DNA from: Amoebophrya sp. A120
Taxonomy: Eukaryota; Protista; Dinoflagellata
Assembly: GCA_905178155.1 (NCBI GenBank)
Contig: CAJINV010000012.1
Location: forward strand, 1,802,492 to 1,866,491
Length of the DNA stretch: 64,000 nt
Reading direction: 5' to 3'
Both the position numbers and the translations under genes were made by a program. The notes below the pieces were generated by a model. The model had not been told where the DNA came from and ran no database searches. It worked only from the letters and a program-made list of their open reading frames with translations. This document shows positions 47,401 through 58,643 of the stretch, one piece after another (within the stretch, counting starts at the first letter, position 1; each line of letters opens with the position of its first letter).

Positions 47401-48453
47401 TTGCTACACCTGCAAGACATAGAATCTTCACGCGTGTGCTCCCTTGGCGAGCGCGCATGACAAATTTTCTGTGTCATGTGTAACATCATCATCAAACTCG
47501 TGATGCAGATCTTGCAATGAAATCTAAATCATCACAGCGAAGCAGTTTTTTCGTGGGATAGGATCACGGTTTTCTCTTCCAGTTCGCGACGCTGCGGCGG
47601 GAATGAGATGTTGGTGTCGTAGTACAGGAAGCCCACCATTTGGAGGCAATCGATCATGTCGTTTTTAATCATCCAGTTGATTTGCCCGAAGGGTGCGATT
47701 ATCAAATGCAAATATCATGTCTGGGTCCGGAATAAACTTGTAATGCTGAATGCTCACGAACGCGATTGACTGTGGCTTTGAGTGCAGTGCAGCATGACAA
47801 AGTTTCCAAACGTTTGATCATGCGCAGAACGCATTACAAAGTGCGCTCTTGCATAACGAAAGTGTGGTGCTTTATAATTTGCTGCTTATGCAGTACAGAT
47901 TTTTTAGATATGCGAGTCACGCAATACAGGTTCAACCTTTATTCCAGACCCAGACGTATTTACAGTTGATAGCGATGTGCAGCGAAGAGAACTCTTCCAC
48001 GGGGCATTGAACCATCAGGACGTATGACAGTGCACAACTACTCCCCCTCGGTCCCCCTCATTTGTATAGCATGAACGGCAATACAAGTGTTAGCAAGAAT
48101 GCAGGTTTTGCATGACAAATTTGCACAGGAGTGTAGTGCTACTTGGGCTCCTGCCAGAGCTTGTCATGCAAAACATGCCAAGGGGCAAAGGGTGGCTTTG
48201 GTATTTTGCATTACAAATGAGGGGGAGGGGGAGTAGCTGTGCACTCTGATAGGACGGCAAACATGGTTACAAAAAAGATCAAGTTCAGCACGGTGATGGT
48301 GAGCGCGAGGCACAGCGGGCGGGAGAATTTCGCCAGCTTGGCATTCAGAAACGCCACGTAGCCCTCCTGCGCCATTTCCACCTTAGACCTGCGTGGCGAG
48401 GCGGGGGAAGATGGGTTGTCCATCCGGATAGCGGTCGGGGTTGCGGCCGACAT
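44495..48453 (-). CDS. Multi-exon hypothetical membrane protein
   Basis: Hydrophobic LCLALTITVLNLIFFVTMFAVL and MVVTLVVLLVAL; exons separated by introners; 3' structure uncertain. Confidence 0.5.
45435..45702. mobile_element. Introner family A
   Basis: DR TAGCT. Confidence 0.85.
46361..46612. mobile_element. Introner family A
   Basis: DR TCTCC. Confidence 0.9.
46862..47146. mobile_element. MITE with ~80-bp TIRs and 8-bp TSD, inside an intron
   Basis: TATGATTGGACAAAATAACAAAAA..CGGGAAAA and its reverse complement; ATCTGCAA on both sides. Confidence 0.9.
47334..47560. mobile_element. Introner family F
   Basis: DR GGATA/GGATC. Confidence 0.85.
47700..47971. mobile_element. Introner family A
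   Basis: DR GCGAT. Confidence 0.85.
48023..48251. mobile_element. Introner family G
   Basis: DR GGACG. Confidence 0.9.
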
Positions 48454-49337
48454 GTTCTTCTTCTTTGCTAGAGAGAAGCAAGTGCAAACCTACTAGCCCG
48501 TACAAAAAGTTTATTCTAACCTCCGCCCGAGATGAATCACTGACTGCAAGTGCAACTTGTAGCTGCTTTGCAATTACTTAAATATTTTGATGCGGTTTAT
48601 TCTTCTGCACAGCTCATCATGCTTGCATCGCAAGCAGGATACTGTTGTTTTTTACCTTGCACGAAAAAAAAAAAAACACGACGCCCGGATATACTTTTCA
48701 CGCGAGGAAAAAAAAACTTTCAAAAACCGACGATTTTCTTGCTTCCTAGCTGCACAAATGAAGGACAAGCTGATGAATACGCACCGACATCACATACTTG
48801 CAAGCAATCAACCAAGACCCTGTGGTGCCTAACATCGCATAGATGGATCATATGATTGATGCGCAGCAGCAAAAAAAATATCGTTTGTCTCTAATCAGTA
48901 TCAGTTGCAACCTCGGCCCTGCTACTCGGAGGAAGAAAAAAATGTCTGCGCTGGACAATACAACACTACCACAGCACCCGTCTTGCTGCAAGTGGTTCTT
49001 ATTCGTTCACTTTGCAAGCCCAGTACAACAACGTCTCTCAACAACTGCGCAACTTCTGACAAGTAAGTGAAGATTTTTCAAGAACACAACCACAGGCACG
49101 GTTCCACGAACAGGACCACTTCGAGGCGGGAGAAAGTAAGTTAGTAAGCACGACGTAAGTTAGTAAAATCTCCTTCATGAGTGCCCTGTGCCTGACTAAA
49201 CCGCACCAGGACAAGGACTGATGTGTCGTTGCAACCAAGTTGTGCTGTGTAAACAAACCGGTCGCAGAAGTCGCTGGTGAACAAATCGAAATACAACTCG
49301 TTTCAGTTTCAAACAATCTTGCAAACGAGCAGGACGT

Positions 49338-52300
49338 TCATGATTTACTAGACCTTGCCATCCATTCCCAGTCCACGGCCCCCCGCTTCGGCGTGTACCC
49401 CTTGGGGTCCAAGCAGTAGAAAACCAAACTGTACCGGTCTCCAGATAATTTATTTGCTCCACCGTCACAGTCACTCGGCTGCTGGTCGTAGCCGCGCACG
49501 AAGTGGACGTATCTCCCATCCACTTTGACCAGGCGGTTCTTGGTCGTGCAAATGTAGAGTGTGGAGAAAGCTTGATGCTTAAGCTTATTTGGAGGGTCAT
49601 CTACTCCGCGAGGATCGTCGTTGATATTGTTCCGACAAAAATCTTCAACATCACGGGCAGTTCTTGCACAAGAAATTCTAGCGGAAGAGTGTCTGATGTT
49701 TTCATCTTCTTCATTGACGCTGGGGGACGGGGTGTCATCTTCATTCCGTTCGTCAGTTTCTTCTTCGTGTCCATCCTGATTTTCATGTAGTTGGCGCTTT
49801 CTAGTACTATTATTTCCCTTCAGGAGTTTTATTCTCCTCTCTCTACAAGTCCACCTTTCCACATTGCAATCCTCAACACAGAGCTCGCCGCCGTTTTCGA
49901 AGTCGCCAAAACTGGCGCAAAACTGGAATGTCTGATCGAACTCGTCGATGTGCGGGCTGCCAATGAAGTTTTTCGTCACTGCAATGTGCGTCCAAGGGAC
50001 GACGAGGTGACCAGGGCTAGGCTCCCTATCTCCTGTATCAAATCCAAAAATGACTGGGCCTGAAAGCTTGGTGGAGCTTGTGATGCTAACTCTGGACTCT
50101 AGAAAAATCTGTATTGTATGATCAGCAGGAGGAGTCTAGTTTGCGCTACGCGGGGAGGGCATTTGTCATGCGGATTAGGCATCCGGAAGCCCTCTAAAAA
50201 TCTGTGATGCTAGGTCATGCATTACAGACATTCTGGGTCATGCAAAATATGCATGACAAACCCGGCAACATTCCAGACCTAGACATTTTTGCAGTTGATA
50301 TCCTGCCCAGTCCATCAACTCCTCAAACAGCGGATAGATCTGCTGAAATTCCGCTCTCGGCCGGCCCCGCCACACGACGGCGTAGTGGTCTGATTTCAGT
50401 CTTTGCCGGTGCTTCTGAACCGGCCACTGCAGTCTTTTCAGTTCTTCGTGCAACTTGGTGCAAAGCGGTTCGGGGATACAGCGGCCGGTGAGGTGCTGGG
50501 TGGCGAAAAGAGTGCAGCTGGTGTGGGGGCTGTCGGGTAGTTGATTTATTTGTCCGAGAGGAGAACCATCCGCTACTTCGTCTGGAGTACTCGTAGGCAC
50601 TGTTTTCAGAGTCAAATTTCTACTTTCGCAAAACTCTTGAATTCTCGCGAGTGCCCGGGCTATCGGGCCCTTGCTGTTGCTGGTCGAGATCATAGAAGTA
50701 TTTTTCATCCCGTTCGTCGTCCCTGCACGTGGTCCTCGTGAAGAGCCAAAATCCAGCGCCGTCTTCAGCTCAAGTTTCAGCGTCGAAATCAGCGCGGATA
50801 AGGACGCATCGAAATCATTTAAGCCACTGTTCGTCGTGGTCTGTGTTTTCATCTTCGCTACGGGAGCAACATCGACCCCAGAATTGGTGCTCCTTTTACA
50901 GACGGACAATGAAGAAGAAGACGACGCAGCTCCTCCGTTCGTATCTTCTGTATCTTGTTGTACCTTGTCCACATCTTCAACATCAATAACCTCGGAAAGA
51001 ATTCGCCAGCGTTCCACCAGTTGCTCTAAGGGTAGAGCCATCAACCGGTTGAAAAGCGGTGGTGATTGCCCTGCGTATAACGGAGCTTGATGCTCTGGCG
51101 AGAAGGTCTCTGTGCTCTCTTCAAGGCCTACAGCTTCGGCTTGGAGTTGCTCTCCACCTGCTGAGCCTGGCTGCGGCCGTGTAAAAGTTGTAGCATCTTC
51201 TTTCTTGTCGGCGTCAGAGGCATTAATATAGCTTCCCCTTCCCCAAGTATCGGATGTTGTCGATGCTTGTTCTCCTTTTCCATTTTGCAAATTAGTTTTA
51301 GTCCCAGAAGAAGTCATCGGTTTCGTTACTTGCCTTGCGCGCAGGAAGAATTTGAAATCCTCGTCCTTTACGTCGTCTATCCGGTCTTCTCCTTTCACCA
51401 ACACCCGATTATTCAAGATTTCCAATACGCGCTCCGCCTCAGCCTTAGTTTTGAGTGCCAGAATATTGTGAGGAAAATAACCCCCTCCCCTTATTGCACG
51501 TGCACCCTTCTGAAAATCATTTGTGGCGTAGATTTTGTCTGAGTCTGTCATGAAACAAGAAGGCAAAGGCATAGGCTGAGAGTCCGCTGCGCTTTTATGC
51601 AGGCGATTTGTAAAAATGCTGCAAGGCGGGCCTAGAGGACAGCACACGTCTGCCTCCATGCTAGGTGCCTACACTGAAAAACCCCTGCCTGGGCTTAGGA
51701 TCTATTGTGCGCTATTCTCTACTGCGAGACAACAAGTTCGATTTGTGTACACAGCAAACGCCGCAACACGACAGACTTCCATCTTGATAATGTTGGGGAG
51801 AGGACATTATTTTTCCTTTTGGTACAGAATCGCGAAAGCGGTCCAGGGCTCCGCCGCGTTTTTCCGGTACCCTTTCTTCACGAGTTTTTTTACGTGCACC
51901 GTCCATCGCTTTTCTTCGTCGGTAACTAGATTTTCCCAGATCAACTGCCGGAGTTGGCGGACCGACGCGTACCGCTGCGGAATGCCGCCCATCCAGAGCT
52001 CCTGTTCCGGTTTCGTGGAAAACCCGGAGGCGCGGTACCGCTCCGCCTTGTTTGGAGGGTGCTTATTTCTTGTAGAATTGCTGCCACCAGGTGGAACAAG
52101 CGCGGTGGTCTTCCTCTTCTTCGCGACGATTTGGTCCGCTATAATTTCGAGGTGTGGAGGTTGTCCTCTCTCTTGCAAGGAGACCGAGCTCGTCGATCCC
52201 CCAGCCTGTTCGCAACTTTTACCTCCGCGAGCCACTGTTTTGTCTGCTCTTGCGACATCAATAGCAACCGAATCGTGGCCGACGTCCTGCTCGTCCATGC

Positions 52301-53081
52301 TGCTGCTAGTCGTGTGCTGTTGGTCTTCTGCACGACTTGTCGTGCTGCAGGTAGAAATACTGGGAGATGATGTTGACAAGAAGGTCGTGCTTGACGTGCT
52401 TGTCATCTTTTCTTTCTTGATGTCGAGCGGCAACGAGCTCTCAATATTTTGCGGCGAAAGTGGTACGACTGCACCAACATCTTCAGCACAAGGTCCTGAT
52501 ACAACCACGTCGCTCACGAGCGCTTTGATCGCATCCCCACGACTCGGTGCGTGTTTCCCCGCGAACTGAATCCCGCCAAGTGCAGCGACCTTTTGGGCAC
52601 ATGAAGATTCGGAATCGCTTGTTCTGGATGAGGTTCCCCCGTCTTTAGTATTGCCGCTGCTCGTCCCAAAGCGCAGGTGGCGAAACAGCACATTTTTGGA
52701 AGCGAATACCTGGTATCAAATGTAAAAATGTCTGGGTCTCGAAGAATGCAACTTGTCATGCTAAATCTGAAGCACGCATAAATCTGTGTTGCATGATTAC
52801 CAAAAGTCGTCCAGTTTTGACCAAGTCGGCGGGGTGTTTCTCATGCAGGATAGGCATGAGAGAGATCGCACAGAATCTGTCATGCTCGGTCCTGCATTCC
52901 AGACCTCATGGGTCATGGAAAAGCTGCATGACAAGTCGCGAATTCTTCCAGACCCAGACATTTTTACATTTGATACCTGGTTGCAGAAGGCGCAGACTTG
53001 TGGAACTCCAGCGGGTTTGGCCGGTCCCTTGTTCACGTTGGCTTCTGGCTTTGGTTTCTTTGTCGTTGTCTCCCACGTCAT
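49338..53081 (-). CDS. C2H2 zinc finger + RRM-like + 2OG-Fe(II) dioxygenase-like protein; 4 exons
   Basis: Joins give CAFCNQ|VFASKNVLFRHLR, LWMGGIP..AFAIL|ALKTKAEAERVLEILNN and WAG|DREP..SPHIDEFD..GDFENGGEL..DGRYVHFV..RYSLVFY (HxD..H..R). Confidence 0.75.
50036..50300. mobile_element. Introner family A
   Basis: DR TCCTG; can be read as a GA-AG intron on the minus strand. Confidence 0.9.
51464..51824. mobile_element. Introner (family E-like)
   Basis: DR CAGAA; restores the RRM-like motif. Confidence 0.75.
52714..52975. mobile_element. Introner family A
   Basis: DR CCTGG; can be read as GT-AG; restores the zinc finger. Confidence 0.95.
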
Positions 53082-54206
53082 TTTTCTGGTTCTCGGTCCC
53101 GGAATAAACAGTAGATATAGACTCTAGTTGTATTATTTCTGGTCGCGAAGTAGTACAAAAGCCTCATGCACGTTTTCGAGCTGTACACCGAGATCTATAC
53201 CTATCAGGCAGAACAAAAAGTATTACACGAAGACGATCAGGCTCAGACCCACTGCTTGAATATGTTTTATGCTCTTCGATACAGAGAGTAAAAGCCCCCG
53301 CCTGCGGTAGATGGCTCGCAGGAGCGCCACGGTGACCTGAACTACAAGAGCATTTTCGTCTCTAACTGTATCATGCCTGATCTTGTGGTCTCGCCTTGAT
53401 TTTATTTTTTCGAAACTACAAGTACAACCCAAATGACCAATGATTTTGATTCTGTGGGGTCTATCGCTGCAGCTCTTTCAAGATAGACACTTCACACGAT
53501 GTTGTACTAGACTCTGCCGATCACAAACTGACTCTGATGCAGCTACTTACTAGTAACACAGGAGCGCCAATTTTTACTGTTGTCATTTCTTGATCAGAGG
53601 ACGACCTCGATATCGCATCAAAACATCAAGTGTTTGTCTTGTGAAGTTTTCTTGCTTGGATCGTGATAGAGGCGGAGAAGTACAGCTCAGACGAAACGCG
53701 CTGGTCGTGATCCACAACACGGACCGACGAGTGAGAGTTTGGCGCGGCCCTCTGTGTTCTACTTCGTCCAGCAATACGACCTCGGGAGTATCTCAAGAGG
53801 CGACGACCTACCTAATTTTTGGACCTGATTTCTGCAGTTTCTCAATGGGTATTCAAGGACGAGATCATAACACAGGAAGCTATAATGCCGGACGCGATGC
53901 CGACTTGAAGATGTGCTCCAAAGGTGCTATTGATGTTGAATCTTTTTACCACTCGTTCACTAGCGGCCCTTGGCGAGAGGAGGTGATGCCTCATGTTCGT
54001 TCTATGGCAACAACGCGTGTAACTGTAATTCCACCAGTACTTTATGTAAAAAAAATCGTGCTCGGTCGTCCAATTGCTTACTGATGGTTTAAAAAAAAAT
54101 TGCCGTTGCTCTACTTCGACCACAGGACGCAGCGGCGCTTCAGCTCCCAACATCGTGATCTTCAATTGTAATTAAGTACAGCCCTCACGACTCAAATTGT
54201 CCTTCA

Positions 54207-57200
54207 TTACAACAGCGGCCTTTGGTCAAAAGGTTTTTTCTCATCAAAAACCAAGCCGAATTTGTTCCAGCTCCCGTAGCACCGCAAGGCCTTGATGCTG
54301 CACAGTTCGACAATCGCCGCAGCCACATCCTCCTCAAAAGCCGCCATTTTGGGATCGTATTTCTGGAAACAGTGGATGAACACCTCTAGTGATATTCCCT
54401 TTTTGTTCGCGATTGTCAAGATTTCCTTCTCCGGTGTCTCCTCCGCTTGAATTTTCTCCATCGGCTATCCTGTGGAAAAGTAGTCGCGTCCCCGGCGATG
54501 ACCCAGGGCCAAGTGAAGTTAGGAACTTTTCTGTAACACAAATCTTTAGGCATTATTGGGAGCCACGCATGACAAGTTTCTCCCTGTAGTGTAGACGAGC
54601 AGTTTAGCCAGGAAACAAACATCACAAAGCCATCATCTCTTCATCCCGTTTGAAGCATCACAGATGTCAAAACACAACTAAAAGCGTTCGTTTTTTTCTC
54701 ATGGAGATGCGCATTACAAATGTGTCATGTCTGTAGATACAAAAAGTCTGCATGACATCTTCTTCATCAGCTCCGGGGCCCTCGTCGTGGGAACGTTTTT
54801 ATTTACACAGGATATTTGCTTGTTTCTCCGAATCAGATAGTACACTGATCGGATCAAATTGAACCAACATCGGCGCTTCCCCTTTTGCAAAATCTGCACA
54901 TCACACTTTTGGTCGAAATAAAACTGGCGGTGTTTCGCGAATTCCGTCTCGAAGAGCTGCAAGTTCCCCGAGTTTATCGCAATGGACAGATTTTCGTATT
55001 TGTCCTTCAAAATCTCGTAGAAGTCTCCATCGGTCAGCTCGTATGCAGTGCAAAAGCATGGTCTCGAGTTCGTAGTTGTTATTGTTCCAAAAATTATAAT
55101 TCATGTATCATGCCAAATCTTCTACTCTCTTAATACTTGAGCCAGCTGCAATACAAATTGATCCATGCATGCAATTCAGCAATACAAATTGATGCATGCA
55201 TGCAAGCAATTTCTACGAGCCGCGCGAGGGTGCTTTTGCAATGTGCATACTTCGGTGAGCGCTTTTTTGTAAAAGAAGTCCGGGCCACGGTCACCCCCGT
55301 TGGTGATGTTCGGGGTAGTCCTTATTTCTGCTTGATCATCTTGCGTCCCTGTTGCTGTTATTTCCGCTCCTATCAAATCAGATCGGACGTCATCTGGCTG
55401 AAAATTCCTCCCACACACTAACCTGACCGGCACGTACATCCGGAGCAAGATTCGCAATTGCCGCTGCATTGTGCTGCTTACCGCGGCCTCGTGGATTTTT
55501 TCCGCCGAAGATGTTGTAGTTGGGTCATTATCGACTTCTTCAGGTTGTTCTTGACTGACGTTGCCTGTATTTGTTTCTCCACCTCCACTCGAGGACTTCC
55601 CACTCTGTGCGGCCAGCACCACAAACTGTATCGCGTACTCCAACTTTCTGACGCATTCCGCCAATTTCCCCTGCGAAAGCAAAACCCTAGCGTACTCCAC
55701 GGCGAAGGGGTAGGAGATTTTGGGGTTCAAATAGCTCTATGCATTCTAATATAGGTCTGGAGCTCGAAAGTTGGAACCTGTAATGCTAGCGCTCGATACC
55801 TAGGAAATCTGTATTGCATGAAACCAACAAAAGTCGTAGCCTCTTTTGTACATGCATACGCTGGAGACGGAGAGTTGTCGTGCTAGGTTGCATTCGGAAC
55901 CGTTTCCATCATCCACATTTTAGCATCACAAGTTTCCAGATTCAGACCCAGACATATTTGCATTTGATAAGCTCAGGGCAAGTTTCGATTCCAACTGGTT
56001 CGTTATTGACTCCTCTTCCACCAAAAAACCGGCTTTCACCAACTCTTCCCGAGTCGATTTCGAGGGTAGCTGCTGGATCCGTTTGAAGGGGTGGAAAAAA
56101 TTCTCTAAAACGAACCGGGACAAATCTTCCTTCTGCAGTTTTCGGTACAGGAAGAGAAGCTCGGTGATTAGAAGGGTTTGAAACTGAACCATGACCGGGA
56201 GGTCGGACGCTTGATTCGGCAGTTTCCGTATGAATTGCAAAAGCAAAAGTATCGTATTCGTATACATGCATTACAAATTTCTTCAGCATGAGAAATAAAA
56301 TCTGTAATGCTGTTTTACCTTTAGAAAAAGATTTGTAATGCGTGGCTGCAATTACTACGAGTGCGATACTTTTGCACAGGATATTCCGCACCTCCTGCCG
56401 GTAAAACTCGGCCAGTTGCTCAAAATACCGGTCTCTGTCGTCGTTATGCATTGCAAAAGCATCGCACTCGTATTGCAATCATGCATTACAAATCTTTTTC
56501 TTAAGGTAAATCCGCATTACAAATTTTATCTTTCATGCTGAGGAACTTTGTAATGCATTTATATGACGAGTACGATACTTTTGCACAGGATAGTCGTCGT
56601 CGGAGGTTGATGCAGTAGTTGAGTCGGCCCAATTGCCGTCGCCGCTTGAGCTTGACGTCGGCGCATGATTCTTTGTCGTTGCGGCCGCCCCTGCAGCTGT
56701 GGGGAAGTTTTTTCGGAGCCTCTTGCACAGAAAATTTCCAACCTCGGACACGAAAGCGACGTAGTCATGCTGTTTCCTCTTCTCCACCATGCCAAGCAAG
56801 TGGCTTTCCAGCAGCAGCAGATTTTTGTTCACCGCAACGACCTGGTTACTATTTTGCTCGGTTTGGCTCGTCTCTTCATTGTACTTCTGAATACCGAAGG
56901 CCAGCACGGCTGCGAGCGTCTGCTGTAGATATCCTGAGTAAAAACGTCCCCACCCCATAGTCAAGTTCTTGGTAAATCTGCAACACAAATCTGCCAGGTT
57001 TGGGACTTATGCATGACAAGTTTCCATCTGCAGTGTAGTGCTGGTTAGCAAGGGATGCTGCATGAGAAAGCCACTTTCTCATCTTGTTTACAGCATTACA
57101 GATTCCAAAACACGATTGGAAATGCCTCTCGTAGAGCTGCGCATTGCAAACATTCCTGTAATCGCAAATCTGCATGACAACTCTGGGGTGGGGATGTTTT

Positions 57201-57422
57201 TACTCAGGATAGTAGATCCTGATTGTTCAACGCTTCAGCGAAGGTTTTGTCGGCGCCAGAAAGGCTCGGGTCGACCGGTTTCCGCTTGTTCGTGGTTGAC
57301 AAAACGGCCGCTGAATTTTGGAGTTTTGACCCTGAAGTAGATGCTGTAGAAGGAAAATTGTCAGACGGGAAAACCCCTTCAACGCGGCTGATGACCGCGT
57401 TGGCGTCGAGAGAGGAGAGCAT
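54207..57422 (-). CDS. PCID2: PCI-domain protein, PCID2/Thp1/CSN12-like; 7 exons
   Basis: QLRILLRMYVPVRLVCG, YENLSIAINSGNLQLFE, FNLIRSVY, ISLEVF and GLVFDEKKPF follow the PCID2 pattern; introners at 54466-54814, 55042-55249, 55738-55969, 56229-56383, 56445-56592 and 56930-57211. Confidence 0.75.
54466..54814. mobile_element. Introner family C-like
   Basis: TATCCTGTG / CACAGGATA; DR TCGGC/TTTGC. Confidence 0.7.
55042..55249. mobile_element. Introner family B-like
   Basis: DR GCTCG/CTTCG. Confidence 0.7.
55738..55969. mobile_element. Introner family A
   Basis: DR AGCTC. Confidence 0.85.
56229..56383. mobile_element. Introner family B (155 bp)
   Basis: DR TTCCG. Confidence 0.9.
56445..56592. 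mobile_element. Introner family B (148 bp)
   Basis: DR GTCGT. Confidence 0.9.
56930..57211. mobile_element. Introner family C
   Basis: DR GTAGA. Confidence 0.95.
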
Positions 57423-58643
57423 TTTCTGTGATTTTTTGCTTCGATATTAGCTCCGAGTCGTGGAAGTAGGGACAAAGTACTTAATTCAAACCGTTCGCTG
57501 TCTGAGGCTAGAGCAGGCCCTAAAAACTCAGCACCAATCAAATAAAAAAATTGAAATGCGGATCCATAGGTGTGAGTGTAGTTCTAGCATTATGAAAAAA
57601 TTTTGTTAAAAAGACACTACAACAAGAACAAACGGCGCTTCGAAGTTGGTGATCGCTGAGTCATAAATATGGTGCGTCGTTATTTGTGGCCAACCAATTT
57701 TCTAGACCAGCGAAATTGTCTGTCTTGTCAGAAACTGAGCAGCTGATGATCAGTATCGAGATTGATCTGTAACAAGAAGTGCGAAGTAGATCTTCAACTT
57801 CATCTAAGAAAGCCTTTAGTTTTTGGATCAACGTGTAAGGATCGATCCTCGGAGAGCACCCACGTCACCACAACCCGATGTACTTTCGCCGTGTATTCAT
57901 GTATCTGATGTACGCAGACGGAGGTGAACCACAGAGCAGTCGTATAGAACGCGCACGATATTGTGCATCTTCGCACTCCTTCATCGGGGAACAACAAGTC
58001 GGACCGGGTCCTCGTGGGCTGGTTTTCGAATAAATATTTGTTTGCTTCGATAAAATTATTTCTGACTCCAACTCCTATCGTTTTTGTTTGTCTTTGTGCT
58101 CGTGCACAAAAAAATCGTACAAAAATTGCGAACTATCTTTTACTTATTCCCTTTATTTTTTCTTCCAGCCGTCTCAAAACATCAGACGAACTGAAACAAC
58201 AAAGTCGTGAGGCAATATCTTCAACGCGATTCATTTTTTACTTTTATTTTTACATTTTCTACATCGACACAAATCTACCTAGTACAGGGTCGGGAAGCAT
58301 TTTTGAAAAAGTTTGAGGAACGAGTTGCAAGAAAATTACTTATCAGTACAGCGGATAAGGTTCAGGATGTTGACGCGACCTTGTGACAAATCTGACAACA
58401 TCAAAAGAGCTTCTTCGTAGTACTTACTTACTACTTCTTCTATGCGTATCGATCCATATTGCAACTTCAATCTTACAGGTGGTGGTCGACATGTATAGGT
58501 ATAGCATTTGTCTTTTAGTACAATAACCACTCGCACACGCACTCATCGCCAGTCTTCAGGGTACAACTACGTCCTTTTGTAGTTGTTGTGCTCCTGCTGC
58601 TCCCTGAAAACAAAGGCGAAATGTACGAACTTTGCAAGTACTA

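Noticed and set aside
51616-52569. 317-aa plus-strand ORF
   Set aside because: Antisense to the dioxygenase gene exon and crosses an introner; no motifs
53590-54084. 164-aa plus-strand ORF
   Set aside because: No ATG start or recognisable motif, and it runs against the cluster orientation; unsupported
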